Origin: an uncultured Clostridia bacterium | GTDB lineage: Bacteria > Bacillota > Clostridia > Christensenellales > CAG-1252 | Direction of reading: 5' to 3' | Assembly (NCBI GenBank): GCA_946648015.1 | Contig: CAMPCZ010000001.1 | Location: 1 to 62,517, forward strand | DNA: 62,517 nt | The notes under the pieces: generated by a model | Databases searched by the model: none | What the model was told of the DNA's origin: nothing | Seen by the model: the letters and a program-made list of their open reading frames with translations, nothing else | Translations under genes and position numbers: made by a program | In this document: piece after piece, positions 47,574 to 55,468 of the stretch | Layout: each line of letters starts with the position of its first letter | Position numbering within the stretch: position 1 is the first letter of the stretch

Positions 47574-49256
47574 CTATTCGGCGTTGAGCGTCATCAATTC
47601 AGCCAAACTCGTGATGCCCTTAAACACCAGCGATTGGCAGGATTGCCACAACCGCACCATGCCGCTTTTCAACGCCAATTCGCGCAAGGTGTCGAGGTTG
47701 CGACTGCGCGCCACCTCGTTCTTCATCTCGTCGTCCATAAACAAAATTTCGTGTATGGCAATACGGCCCTTATAGCCCGTGTTGCCGCAGAATTGGCACC
47801 CCACGGGGCGGAAAATGCTGATGGGTTCGCTAATGCCCAATATTTCCATCTCTTTGGCTGTGGTTTTGCCGCGTTTTTTGCACGCGGGGCACAAACGTTT
47901 GACCAAACGTTGGGCGATAACGCCCGCCAACGCGTCGGCTACCAAATACTCGGGTATGCCCATATCCTCCAAACGCGTGATGGCGCCGGGGGCGTCGTTG
48001 GTGTGCAACGTGCTGAATACCAAGTGGCCCGTGATGGCGGCGCGGACGGCGATTTCGGCGGTCTCCTCGTCGCGGATCTCGCCTATCATGATGATGTCGG
48101 GGTCTTGGCGCAAAAAGGCGCGCAATGCGGTGGCAAAGGTCATATTGGCCTTGGTGTTGACTTGCGTTTGGTTGATGCCCGCCATCGTAAACTCTACGGG
48201 GTCCTCTACCGTGATGATGTTGACGGTGGGGTTGTTCACTTCTTTGAGGAAAGAATACAGCGTGGTGGATTTGCCGCAGCCCGTGGGGCCGGTCAGCAAT
48301 ATGATGCCGTGCGGTTTGGCCAGCATCTTGTCGATGATCACGTTCTCCTCATCGGTAAAGCCCAAGTCGGTGCGCGTAAAGTGGAAAGACGTCTTGTCCA
48401 GAATACGGATAACGAATTTTTCGCCGTAAACGGTGGGCATACTCGACACACGAAAGTCGAACTCTTTGCCGCCTACTATCATATTGATACGACCGTCTTG
48501 GGGGATACGCCTCTCGGCGATGTTCAGGCCGGACAGTATCTTGAGGCGGGCGCATATCGCCGAGTAGGATTCCCTAGGAAACCCAGGACGGTCTTGCAGG
48601 TCGCCGTCGATACGATAGCGCACGCGCACGCGCTTTTCAAAAGGTTCGATGTGTATATCGCTGGCGCGGTAGGGAATGGCCTCTTTGATGATGCTGTCCA
48701 CCAAGCGCACGGCGGGGTTGTTGATGACGTCGTTGCCCTGAAAGATCTCGCTCGCGTTGCGGTCGGCAAACAGTTGGTCGTCCTTTTCGGCGTTGAGGTC
48801 GTTGAGCGCCGCCGATGTGGTGATAACGGCCGACACGGCGTCGATATAGCGGTCTATTTGGGAAGGGGGCGTCAGCACGTAGTCGACGGGGCCCGAGTAG
48901 CAGATGGACATTGCCGACAACGTGGAGCAGTCCATCGGGCGGCCGATGGCTACCAGCAGTACGCCGTTGAGGTCGATGCTGACGGGCACCATCTTGTGCG
49001 TTTTCATAAAGTCGAAGCCGAACAGATTGAACAGGTCGCGGTCTACGTCCAGCATCTCCAACTCTATGGTGGGCAGGTTGTAATACTCGCTCAATGCGTC
49101 CAATTCGCCCACTTCGGTGATGTATTCTTTGGTCAGCATATAGTCGCGCACGTGCGTCTTGACGCGCGCGGCGTCCACCAATACGTCGTCCGCCGTCTTT
49201 CGCGTCAGCACTTTTTTGTACACGTAATATTGCATCAATTCATAGTCGATATTCAT
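47574..49256 (-). CDS. pilB: Type IV pilus / type II secretion assembly ATPase (GspE/PilB family)
   Basis: Walker A GPTGCGKST, Asp box, Walker B IIMIGEIRDEETA, His box TGHLVFSTLHTND, tetracysteine CPACK...CQFC. Confidence 0.95.
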   Translation of the reverse strand: MNIDYELMQYYVYKKVLTRKTADDVLVDAARVKTHVRDYMLTKEYITEVGELDALSEYYNLPTIELEMLDVDRDLFNLFGFDFMKTHKMVPVSIDLNGVLLVAIGRPMDCSTLSAMSICYSGPVDYVLTPPSQIDRYIDAVSAVITTSAALNDLNAEKDDQLFADRNASEIFQGNDVINNPAVRLVDSIIKEAIPYRASDIHIEPFEKRVRVRYRIDGDLQDRPGFPRESYSAICARLKILSGLNIAERRIPQDGRINMIVGGKEFDFRVSSMPTVYGEKFVIRILDKTSFHFTRTDLGFTDEENVIIDKMLAKPHGIILLTGPTGCGKSTTLYSFLKEVNNPTVNIITVEDPVEFTMAGINQTQVNTKANMTFATALRAFLRQDPDIIMIGEIRDEETAEIAVRAAITGHLVFSTLHTNDAPGAITRLEDMGIPEYLVADALAGVIAQRLVKRLCPACKKRGKTTAKEMEILGISEPISIFRPVGCQFCGNTGYKGRIAIHEILFMDDEMKNEVARSRNLDTLRELALKSGMVRLWQSCQSLVFKGITSLAELMTLNAE

Positions 49257-49265
49257 AGTCGCTCC

Positions 49266-50477
49266 TTAGACCAACGTCGTCATGATCGAAATCATAGGCG
49301 AGTACATCGCCACAAACAAAGTGCCCACCACGCCGCCCATTATGGCGAGCAAAATGGGTTGCAGCTTGCCGATGATACTCTGTATGGTGGTGTTGACTTG
49401 TTCGTCAAAAAAGCCGCAAGAGCGCGTCAGCACCTCGTCGAGGGCATTGCTGCGCTCGCCTACGGCTATCATTTGTATCAACAGGTCGGGAAATAGTTTG
49501 TATTTGCTGAAAGTGGCGGCAAGTTGCGCGCCTTGGCGCACGTCCTCCACCGCTTTGTTGAAGCGCTGCAATTCCTCTTGGTTGCCCAGCACCACCTTGA
49601 TGGTGTCCAAGGCGTCGATAACGTCCATGCCGCTGGACAACAGCAGGCCGAACCCGCGCGCAAAACGCGCCGTGATCTGCGCCATCACGATCTTGCGCAC
49701 AAAGGGGAATTGGAGTTTGAACCGATCCAAGGTGAGCCTGCCGCTCTTGGTCTTGCGAAATACCAAAAACAGCGCGACCAGGGCAATGAGCACCACCAAG
49801 ATCACCTTCCAATAGGCCAAGAAAAAGTCGGACAGATCCCATACGGCCTTGGTCAAAGCGTTGGGTTGTACCTCCAGCGAACTCAGCGAATCGCGGAAGG
49901 TGGGCACCACGAATAGCATCATCACCACGGTAATGGCTATGGTCATCAATAGCAGCATGATGGGGTACGCCATGGCACTGCGCGCCTTTTTGCGCATAGA
50001 GGCGTCGTTTTCGTAGTAGTCGGCCAGGTTGTTGAACACCATTTCGAGCTTGCCCGAAGCCTCGCCTACGTAGATCATGTTGCGGAAAAAGGCAGGAAAC
50101 ACTTTGTTGTGTTTGTCCAGCGCTTCGGACAGCATTTTGCCTCCCTTTACGTCCTCGTACACTTGATCCAAAATGTCGCGGAAAAACTTGTCGTAGGACT
50201 GCGCGCGCAAATTGGACAGGCACTCCAAGATGGAGGTGCCCGAGTTGATCATAATGGCGAATTGTCGGCAAAACGCCGTCAGGTCACCCAGTTTTACCTT
50301 GCCGCTGCCGAGGGTGAAAAAGCTGCTGGGGCCTTTGCCGTGGTCTACGGTGTACGAAATCAAAAAGAGATTTTGCTTCGCCAACTCGGTGGCCAGCTCC
50401 TTTTCGTTTTCGGCTACGAAAGTGCCGTGGAATTTCTCCTTGTATAGATTGACGGCGACGTACTTGTATTTGCGCAT
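49266..50477 (-). CDS. pilC: Type IV pilus platform protein (GspF/PilC family)
   Basis: Duplicated GspF-type domain (FCRQFAIMINSGTSILECL and FARGFGLLLSSGMDVIDAL) with three TM segments. Start at MRKYKY. Confidence 0.92.
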   Translation of the reverse strand: MRKYKYVAVNLYKEKFHGTFVAENEKELATELAKQNLFLISYTVDHGKGPSSFFTLGSGKVKLGDLTAFCRQFAIMINSGTSILECLSNLRAQSYDKFFRDILDQVYEDVKGGKMLSEALDKHNKVFPAFFRNMIYVGEASGKLEMVFNNLADYYENDASMRKKARSAMAYPIMLLLMTIAITVVMMLFVVPTFRDSLSSLEVQPNALTKAVWDLSDFFLAYWKVILVVLIALVALFLVFRKTKSGRLTLDRFKLQFPFVRKIVMAQITARFARGFGLLLSSGMDVIDALDTIKVVLGNQEELQRFNKAVEDVRQGAQLAATFSKYKLFPDLLIQMIAVGERSNALDEVLTRSCGFFDEQVNTTIQSIIGKLQPILLAIMGGVVGTLFVAMYSPMISIMTTLV

Positions 50478-50479
50478 AG

Positions 50480-51691
50480 TTAGAAGTTGTTGTGCGTGTT
50501 GTATTGCACGGCGTACAGCCCGCCGTACAATTCGAGATGGCGCGCTACTATATCTTTCTCTTTGTCCAGCCCCAGGCGCTGGAAGGTTACGCCGTTCTCT
50601 TGCTTTTCGAGGTTGACCATGTCGTACAAATAGTCGTATTGTTGGGGCATATTGACAAATACGGTATCCACCGCGCCCATATCGCGCAGGCGCGGATTGC
50701 CCGCAATGAATTCCAACGTCCACTTGACGAATATGCGAAAGTTTTCGTACACGTAGCCCTCGGCCGTTTCGGGCGTGGGGCGTTGCATATACTTGGGCAG
50801 TACGCGGGGCGTCTTTTTGGGCAGGGTCTTGATCTGCGCTACGCGGGGCGCCGCGGTCGTCTCTTCAAAGGACATCTCGGCGTCAAAGGCGCCCTCGGTC
50901 GCGTTTTCGGTGCCCTCGGCCGCGTCCAACACGTTGTCGCCGCCTGCCATGGTCAGTTGCTTGGCTTTGGCCTTCTCTTTGGCGTTGACCACCGCCAACT
51001 CCGCGACCGTGTGGTCAAACAGCATATTTTCGGCCACCAATTTGTTGTCCTGCAATATGCCAAAGCCAAAAGGCAAGTCGTAGCAGCCCACCGTGGTGCC
51101 GTGCACCACGTAGCAAATGCGGCTGTAGGTCTCTTTGATGTCCAACAGCACGAAGGTGCCGTTTTTGAGTTTGCCGTTGAGGGCCATTGCGCCGTCTACC
51201 ACGGCGTTGGACTCAAAGGTCAGCACGTTGGCAAACATATTGTTGCTGCTGCAACAAGTGAACAGCGCCTGCAACAGCTTTTGCCGTATCAGCACCAAGT
51301 TGACCGTGCTGTATTGGCGATTGCTTGCCGACACGTATTTGTTGTAGCGCAACTCGGACAGGTTGCGGTAGCGCGCTTCGACGGCCACCGTGGTCAGGTT
51401 GTCCGCGCTACGGCGGCTCACGCCCGGAATGTTGACGCTATCCATCAGCACCGTGCTGTCGGGCACGATCAAGGTCACTTTCGCGGCTTTGCCGGCAAAG
51501 GAGACCTTGGTGGTGCTGTATTCGGCCAACAATTTGGCGAATTCGCGGTAGAATTCGTCGGTAAAAGGACGGCTTTTGAGCGGCTTGCTTTCCATTTGAA
51601 TGCTCGCCTTGTCGCCGCCCACGGCCGAATAGAACCGCACGCTTTTGTCGTGCAGTCGTATGGAGATAACCGTTGAGAATACTTGTGCCAT
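50480..51691 (-). CDS. PilM-like (actin-fold) pilus assembly protein, divergent
   Basis: Its position between the minor pilins and pilC, and its size, fit PilM. It has alternating beta-strand segments (TLIVPDS, FVLLDIKETYSRICYV). The assignment is weak. Confidence 0.55.
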   Translation of the reverse strand: MAQVFSTVISIRLHDKSVRFYSAVGGDKASIQMESKPLKSRPFTDEFYREFAKLLAEYSTTKVSFAGKAAKVTLIVPDSTVLMDSVNIPGVSRRSADNLTTVAVEARYRNLSELRYNKYVSASNRQYSTVNLVLIRQKLLQALFTCCSSNNMFANVLTFESNAVVDGAMALNGKLKNGTFVLLDIKETYSRICYVVHGTTVGCYDLPFGFGILQDNKLVAENMLFDHTVAELAVVNAKEKAKAKQLTMAGGDNVLDAAEGTENATEGAFDAEMSFEETTAAPRVAQIKTLPKKTPRVLPKYMQRPTPETAEGYVYENFRIFVKWTLEFIAGNPRLRDMGAVDTVFVNMPQQYDYLYDMVNLEKQENGVTFQRLGLDKEKDIVARHLELYGGLYAVQYNTHNNF

Positions 51692-51803
51692 TTTTTCTTT
51701 CCTTTGATTTGCGGTTCGTGCGGGTCGTTGTATTGCACGCGCCCCAGTGCGAACGCACGTATGCGCGGCCGCGCGCGTGTACGTTTCGGCGTTTTGGGTG
51801 GGG

Positions 51804-52172
51804 CTAACGCCCCCACTTGACGATAGTCGCCACGCTACCCGTGCCCGTTGTTTCTACCAAAAGCAAAGACGTCGTGCCGTCCTTGCTCTTGACGTTCAGG
51901 CGTTTGCCGCCCGCTATATCTTCTACCGCTACGGTGTAGTCGCTATAGGCTGTTTCGTCAAAGTCGGTTTCTTGCCTCTGCGCTTGCCAAAAGGCCTCGC
52001 CTATGGCGTCCACTGCTATGCGATCGCCCACGTTTTGTTCGGTGCGCCGATTGAGTACGCCTGTCAGTTGCGCCACCACCAATAGTATGGTGCTCAGTGC
52101 AAACACCACCAGCATGGTCGTTATGGCCATCTCTATCGCTATACCCTTGCGGTTGCGCCAAAGTTTTTTCAT
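51804..52172 (-). CDS. Minor pilin-like protein with an atypical prepilin N-terminus
   Basis: MKKLWRNRKG-IAIEMAITTMLVVFALSTILLVV: basic leader, Gly, a Glu near +4/+5, and a hydrophobic helix. Confidence 0.6.
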   Translation of the reverse strand: MKKLWRNRKGIAIEMAITTMLVVFALSTILLVVAQLTGVLNRRTEQNVGDRIAVDAIGEAFWQAQRQETDFDETAYSDYTVAVEDIAGGKRLNVKSKDGTTSLLLVETTGTGSVATIVKWGR

Positions 52173-52567
52173 TAATAATATCTGGTATACGGTTCTATTT
52201 CGAGTATGCCGCGCCCTTTTTTGTCCGACGCAGATGCGGCAAACGTCGCCGATTCGGCGCCATAGCCCACTTCCAGCCGTATTACATAATCATTGCCCTC
52301 GAGGGTGTATACGTCGCCCGCTACGCCATAGGCATAGCCCAGTGCGAACACTTCGGCCTCGAAGTCGGTGCGATCGTCGCAATACTTGAAGCATTCGAGG
52401 GTATTTTCCACTATGTTGGTGGCCTCGTTGCGTTGCATCATACGCGCGCTTACCGCGGCGAAATGGGTGATGAGCGTCGTTGCCGCCGCACTCACGACCA
52501 ATATGACGGCCATCGCTATCACCGCTTCGGCCAGGGATATGCCGCGTCTATTGCGCAATAGCTTCAT
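52172..52567 (-). CDS. Minor pilin-like protein
   Basis: MKLLRNRRG-ISLAEAVIAMAVILVVSAAA: prepilin-like leader with Glu at +5. Overlaps both flanking genes by 1-4 nt. Confidence 0.7.
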   Translation of the reverse strand: MKLLRNRRGISLAEAVIAMAVILVVSAAATTLITHFAAVSARMMQRNEATNIVENTLECFKYCDDRTDFEAEVFALGYAYGVAGDVYTLEGNDYVIRLEVGYGAESATFAASASDKKGRGILEIEPYTRYY

Positions 52568-53082
52568 ACGGCCGCCCCCGTGGCACGCGTGGCCACCAGC
52601 ACCGTGTAGTTGCCTACCGATTCGCTGCGTTTGACGATGGTGTTGGGCAGGTTGTATGCCATGGTGCAGCGTATCAACTGCCGATTTTGCGCGTTGGTTT
52701 TCACCTCGAAGCGCATAGACGTAACGTGGTCTAACGGCGCGTTGCCTTCTGCCGTCGGCACGTCGAAGACTACGGCGCCTTGGTCGCTCAGGTAGAAGGA
52801 ATGCGTCTCGCTTGGCTCCGCAATGGATACGGCGAGCAATACGCCGTTGGCGTCGTCGGTATCGAAATAGTATTGCGCGTTGTCGTATGCGGCCACGAAT
52901 TGCCGCAAAAAAGCGTCGGCTTGCCGCTCGCTTTCGGTTACGTTGTAGCGCGAGGTGCCCCATTGGCTCCAACCGTTGCACATTATGGTAAAGGAAACCA
53001 CCATTACGGTCATGATGCTCACCACGGCCATAACGACGACCAATTCCATCAAGGTAAATCCTTTTTTGCCGGCTATGCGCAT
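52564..53082 (-). CDS. Prepilin-type N-terminal cleavage/methylation domain protein (minor pilin)
   Basis: MRIAGKKG-FTLMELVVVMAVVSIM is a canonical class III signal. Confidence 0.85.
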   Translation of the reverse strand: MRIAGKKGFTLMELVVVMAVVSIMTVMVVSFTIMCNGWSQWGTSRYNVTESERQADAFLRQFVAAYDNAQYYFDTDDANGVLLAVSIAEPSETHSFYLSDQGAVVFDVPTAEGNAPLDHVTSMRFEVKTNAQNRQLIRCTMAYNLPNTIVKRSESVGNYTVLVATRATGAAV

Positions 53083-53158
53083 TGTTCGGAGCCCCCATCA
53101 AAAAGGGGCACCGCGGCACCCTAAGGTGTACGGTGCCCCCGATTGGGTGTTAAATCAA

Positions 53159-53716
53159 TTATTTAACGATGGCAACGACGGTCTCGGGGAGGTCGGCGTT
53201 GGTGTACACTTCAACGGCTTGCTCGCCATAGGTGGCGGCGATAGCGGTGCCTTCTTGGTAGTTGTTGGCGTCGTTGAGGGTGGCGGGGGCGGTCAAAGCA
53301 AAAGCTTTGTCATCATTGTTGGCATTGTCCAAAGCGGCTTTTACCAAAGCAATAATATTGGTTTGCTCGGCGGCGACGTCGGTCGCTCTCACGAAGATTT
53401 TCCAGGTGCCGGCAGCGGAGGTGGCGTCTTTAGCGGCGGCCAAGGACTCGGTCTTGGTGCTGTCGTAGACAAGGAAGTGTTTGGCAGCTTCGCCTTTCTT
53501 CTCGGACACGGCGAACACGGTGCCGTCGCCCAAACCGTAGGTGTCGGATACTACGTTCTCGAGAGCGTTCTTGGCGGTTTGCAAAGCGGCGCTTGCACGA
53601 GATTTGGCAATAACGGTGGTGAAGGTGGGGATCAAGACCGCGGCCAAGATGGCGATGACGGCGATGACGATAACGAGTTCAACGATGGTGAAACCTTTTT
53701 TGTTCAATTTTTTCAT
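53159..53716 (-). CDS. Type IV (pseudo)pilin, probable major subunit (185 aa)
   Basis: MKKLNKKG-FTIVELVIVIAVIAILAAVLIPTF is a canonical class III signal. First pilin gene of the operon. RBS AGGAGA. Confidence 0.9.
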   Translation of the reverse strand: MKKLNKKGFTIVELVIVIAVIAILAAVLIPTFTTVIAKSRASAALQTAKNALENVVSDTYGLGDGTVFAVSEKKGEAAKHFLVYDSTKTESLAAAKDATSAAGTWKIFVRATDVAAEQTNIIALVKAALDNANNDDKAFALTAPATLNDANNYQEGTAIAATYGEQAVEVYTNADLPETVVAIVK

Positions 53717-53896
53717 AATAATCTCCTATTTTTTGTTTTTTTAGTTGGACGAACCGCCCCCTCGGGCAACGACGAAACCGCGCGTACAAACAATGGGTTA
53801 CTGCGCCCTCCGTCGTATGTATTTGCGGAGTGCCGAGGCCCGAAAAAACGGTCGATAAATTGTCGTAGAATGGGTTGTGGGCGCCTTAGCCCTATG

Positions 53897-54367
53897 TCAG
53901 GAAATCAACCTGCAAAATGTAAGATATATCCTACGACGCGGGGCGGGGGTGGAAAAGACGCCGACATTTGCGGCGGCGGATTTTCCGGCGCGCGCATTCC
54001 GCCCGAGACGCCGATACATGTCTTTGGCCATCTGCACGCTACTCTCAACGATGTAGAATACCGTGGACAAGATGACGGTAATTGCCAAAAAGACGACGGC
54101 ATACAAAAGGTCGGTGGATAGCGCATTGATCTGCCGATATAGATCGGTAAACGCGTCGTAAATGTCGCTTGCGTCCCACAAGCTCCATTTGTTGACCCCA
54201 AGCCCCAGATGTGCCACGTCCAATACAAACAAGAAGTAGAACCAGGCCGTCAGCGCAATATAAAGCACACCGTAAGCCGTTGCCGCCCACTTAAGCTGCT
54301 TTTTGTACAAAAAGCGCACGAGCGACACTGCCACCAGCGACCATAATAGTAGAAGCGCAACGATCAT
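53897..54367 (-). CDS. Small polytopic membrane protein, paralogue A of the pilin-associated family
   Basis: RBS AAGGAGA before MIVALLLLW. About three TM segments and a basic tail ending RRRIYLTFCRLIS. Compare QKKYLSFCSFLC and QKRYLAFCSILC in the two plus-strand paralogues. Confidence 0.7.
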   Translation of the reverse strand: MIVALLLLWSLVAVSLVRFLYKKQLKWAATAYGVLYIALTAWFYFLFVLDVAHLGLGVNKWSLWDASDIYDAFTDLYRQINALSTDLLYAVVFLAITVILSTVFYIVESSVQMAKDMYRRLGRNARAGKSAAANVGVFSTPAPRRRIYLTFCRLIS

Positions 54368-54927
54368 CCAATCTCCTTCGGCATTAGTATATGCCGTATT
54401 CGGCCGACCTATCCGCACGATAGGGCCCGATCTTGTTTGCAGTATGCCGTTTGTTTCGTAAAACAGCCGACAATTTGCTTAGAATACGTTCAGTATAGCA
54501 CGTGCGGAAACAAATGTCAAATAGTATAATCATAACACTTGTTTAAGTTATAGTTAAAAATGCGACAAAAAACAATACAAAACGTATAGACCGTGGCTTT
54601 TTTGGGGGTTAATCATTCGTCTACGGACCATTTTTCGTTGCGATTTGACGTCGATTTTTGTGCGGAGGTATCAAAAACGACCATACGTCCACGGCAATTT
54701 TGTATCTATTGCAGTCAAATCGCCTCAAAAAAGAACAAAAAACGCACGGGTTACACTTGCAGTTCGCCGCCGAAGTTGTCGAAAAAACGCTAAAAGAATA
54801 CAAAACGTATAGATTTTGTGGCGTTGGCGAGCCGCGTTATGTGCCGGCAAGCCCCATTCTCGGAGACGAAATGAGTGTTTCTTTGTAATAATTAAGTGCT
54901 ATAATGTTTGCATTTTTTACTTGTGAA

Positions 54928-54936
54928 TGCTATAAT
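54928..54936 (+). promoter_or_regulatory. Extended -10 element TGCTATAAT (a second copy at 54897-54905)
   Basis: Exact TGnTATAAT 38 nt upstream of the ATG at 54974. The identical 9-mer recurs at 58166-58174 ahead of the second cassette. Confidence 0.5.
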
Positions 54937-54973
54937 GTGGTGTAGATACGTTTTATATTATGGTGTGAGTAAT

Positions 54974-55411
54974 ATGCTGTCAGCGATATGCTTATTGTTC
55001 AATGTATTGATCGTCGTGTATTTCGGCGTGACCAAGCGCAGGGCGTTGTGCGCCTTGTATGCGCTTGCTTTGGGCACTATCGCTATTATGATAGTATTCC
55101 CCTTCGACACCGAAGAGGGCGTGGCGTTTTGGGCGAGCATTTTCGGCGACTCGGTATACGACGCCGCTCCTTGGATAGCCGATACCTATGCGCGAACGAT
55201 ACTCACCCCCTACTTCGGATTGGAACTGCTATCCTTTCTTTTGGCGTTGGTTTTTACCCTCAAAACAGCCGAAAAGGTGTATTATTTGTGTCGCTCCAAG
55301 TCGAGCGCTCGTTTTCAAAAAACAAACAAAACTCCCTCGTTTGCGGCGAGAAAACCTCGCTTTTCTCGCGTGCAAAAGAAGTATTTGTCCTTTTGCTCTT
55401 TTTTGTGTTGA
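54974..55411 (+). CDS. Small 3-TM membrane protein, paralogue B of the pilin-associated family
   Basis: MLSAICLLFNVLIVVYFGVTKRRALCALYALALG... is nearly identical over most of its length to the 58205 ORF. Basic tail ends KKYLSFCSFLC. Confidence 0.8.
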   Translation: MLSAICLLFNVLIVVYFGVTKRRALCALYALALGTIAIMIVFPFDTEEGVAFWASIFGDSVYDAAPWIADTYARTILTPYFGLELLSFLLALVFTLKTAEKVYYLCRSKSSARFQKTNKTPSFAARKPRFSRVQKKYLSFCSFLC

Positions 55412-55468
55412 GTGCGCGTATAAACAGTACAAACCACACAAACTAAATTAAGACAAAAGGAGAATTAT

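Noticed and set aside
54593-54888. Small ORFs (60-76 aa) in the AT-rich divergent region upstream of cassette 1.
   Set aside because: They have no RBS, they overlap each other on both strands, and their composition is atypical. The region is better explained as promoter and operator DNA.
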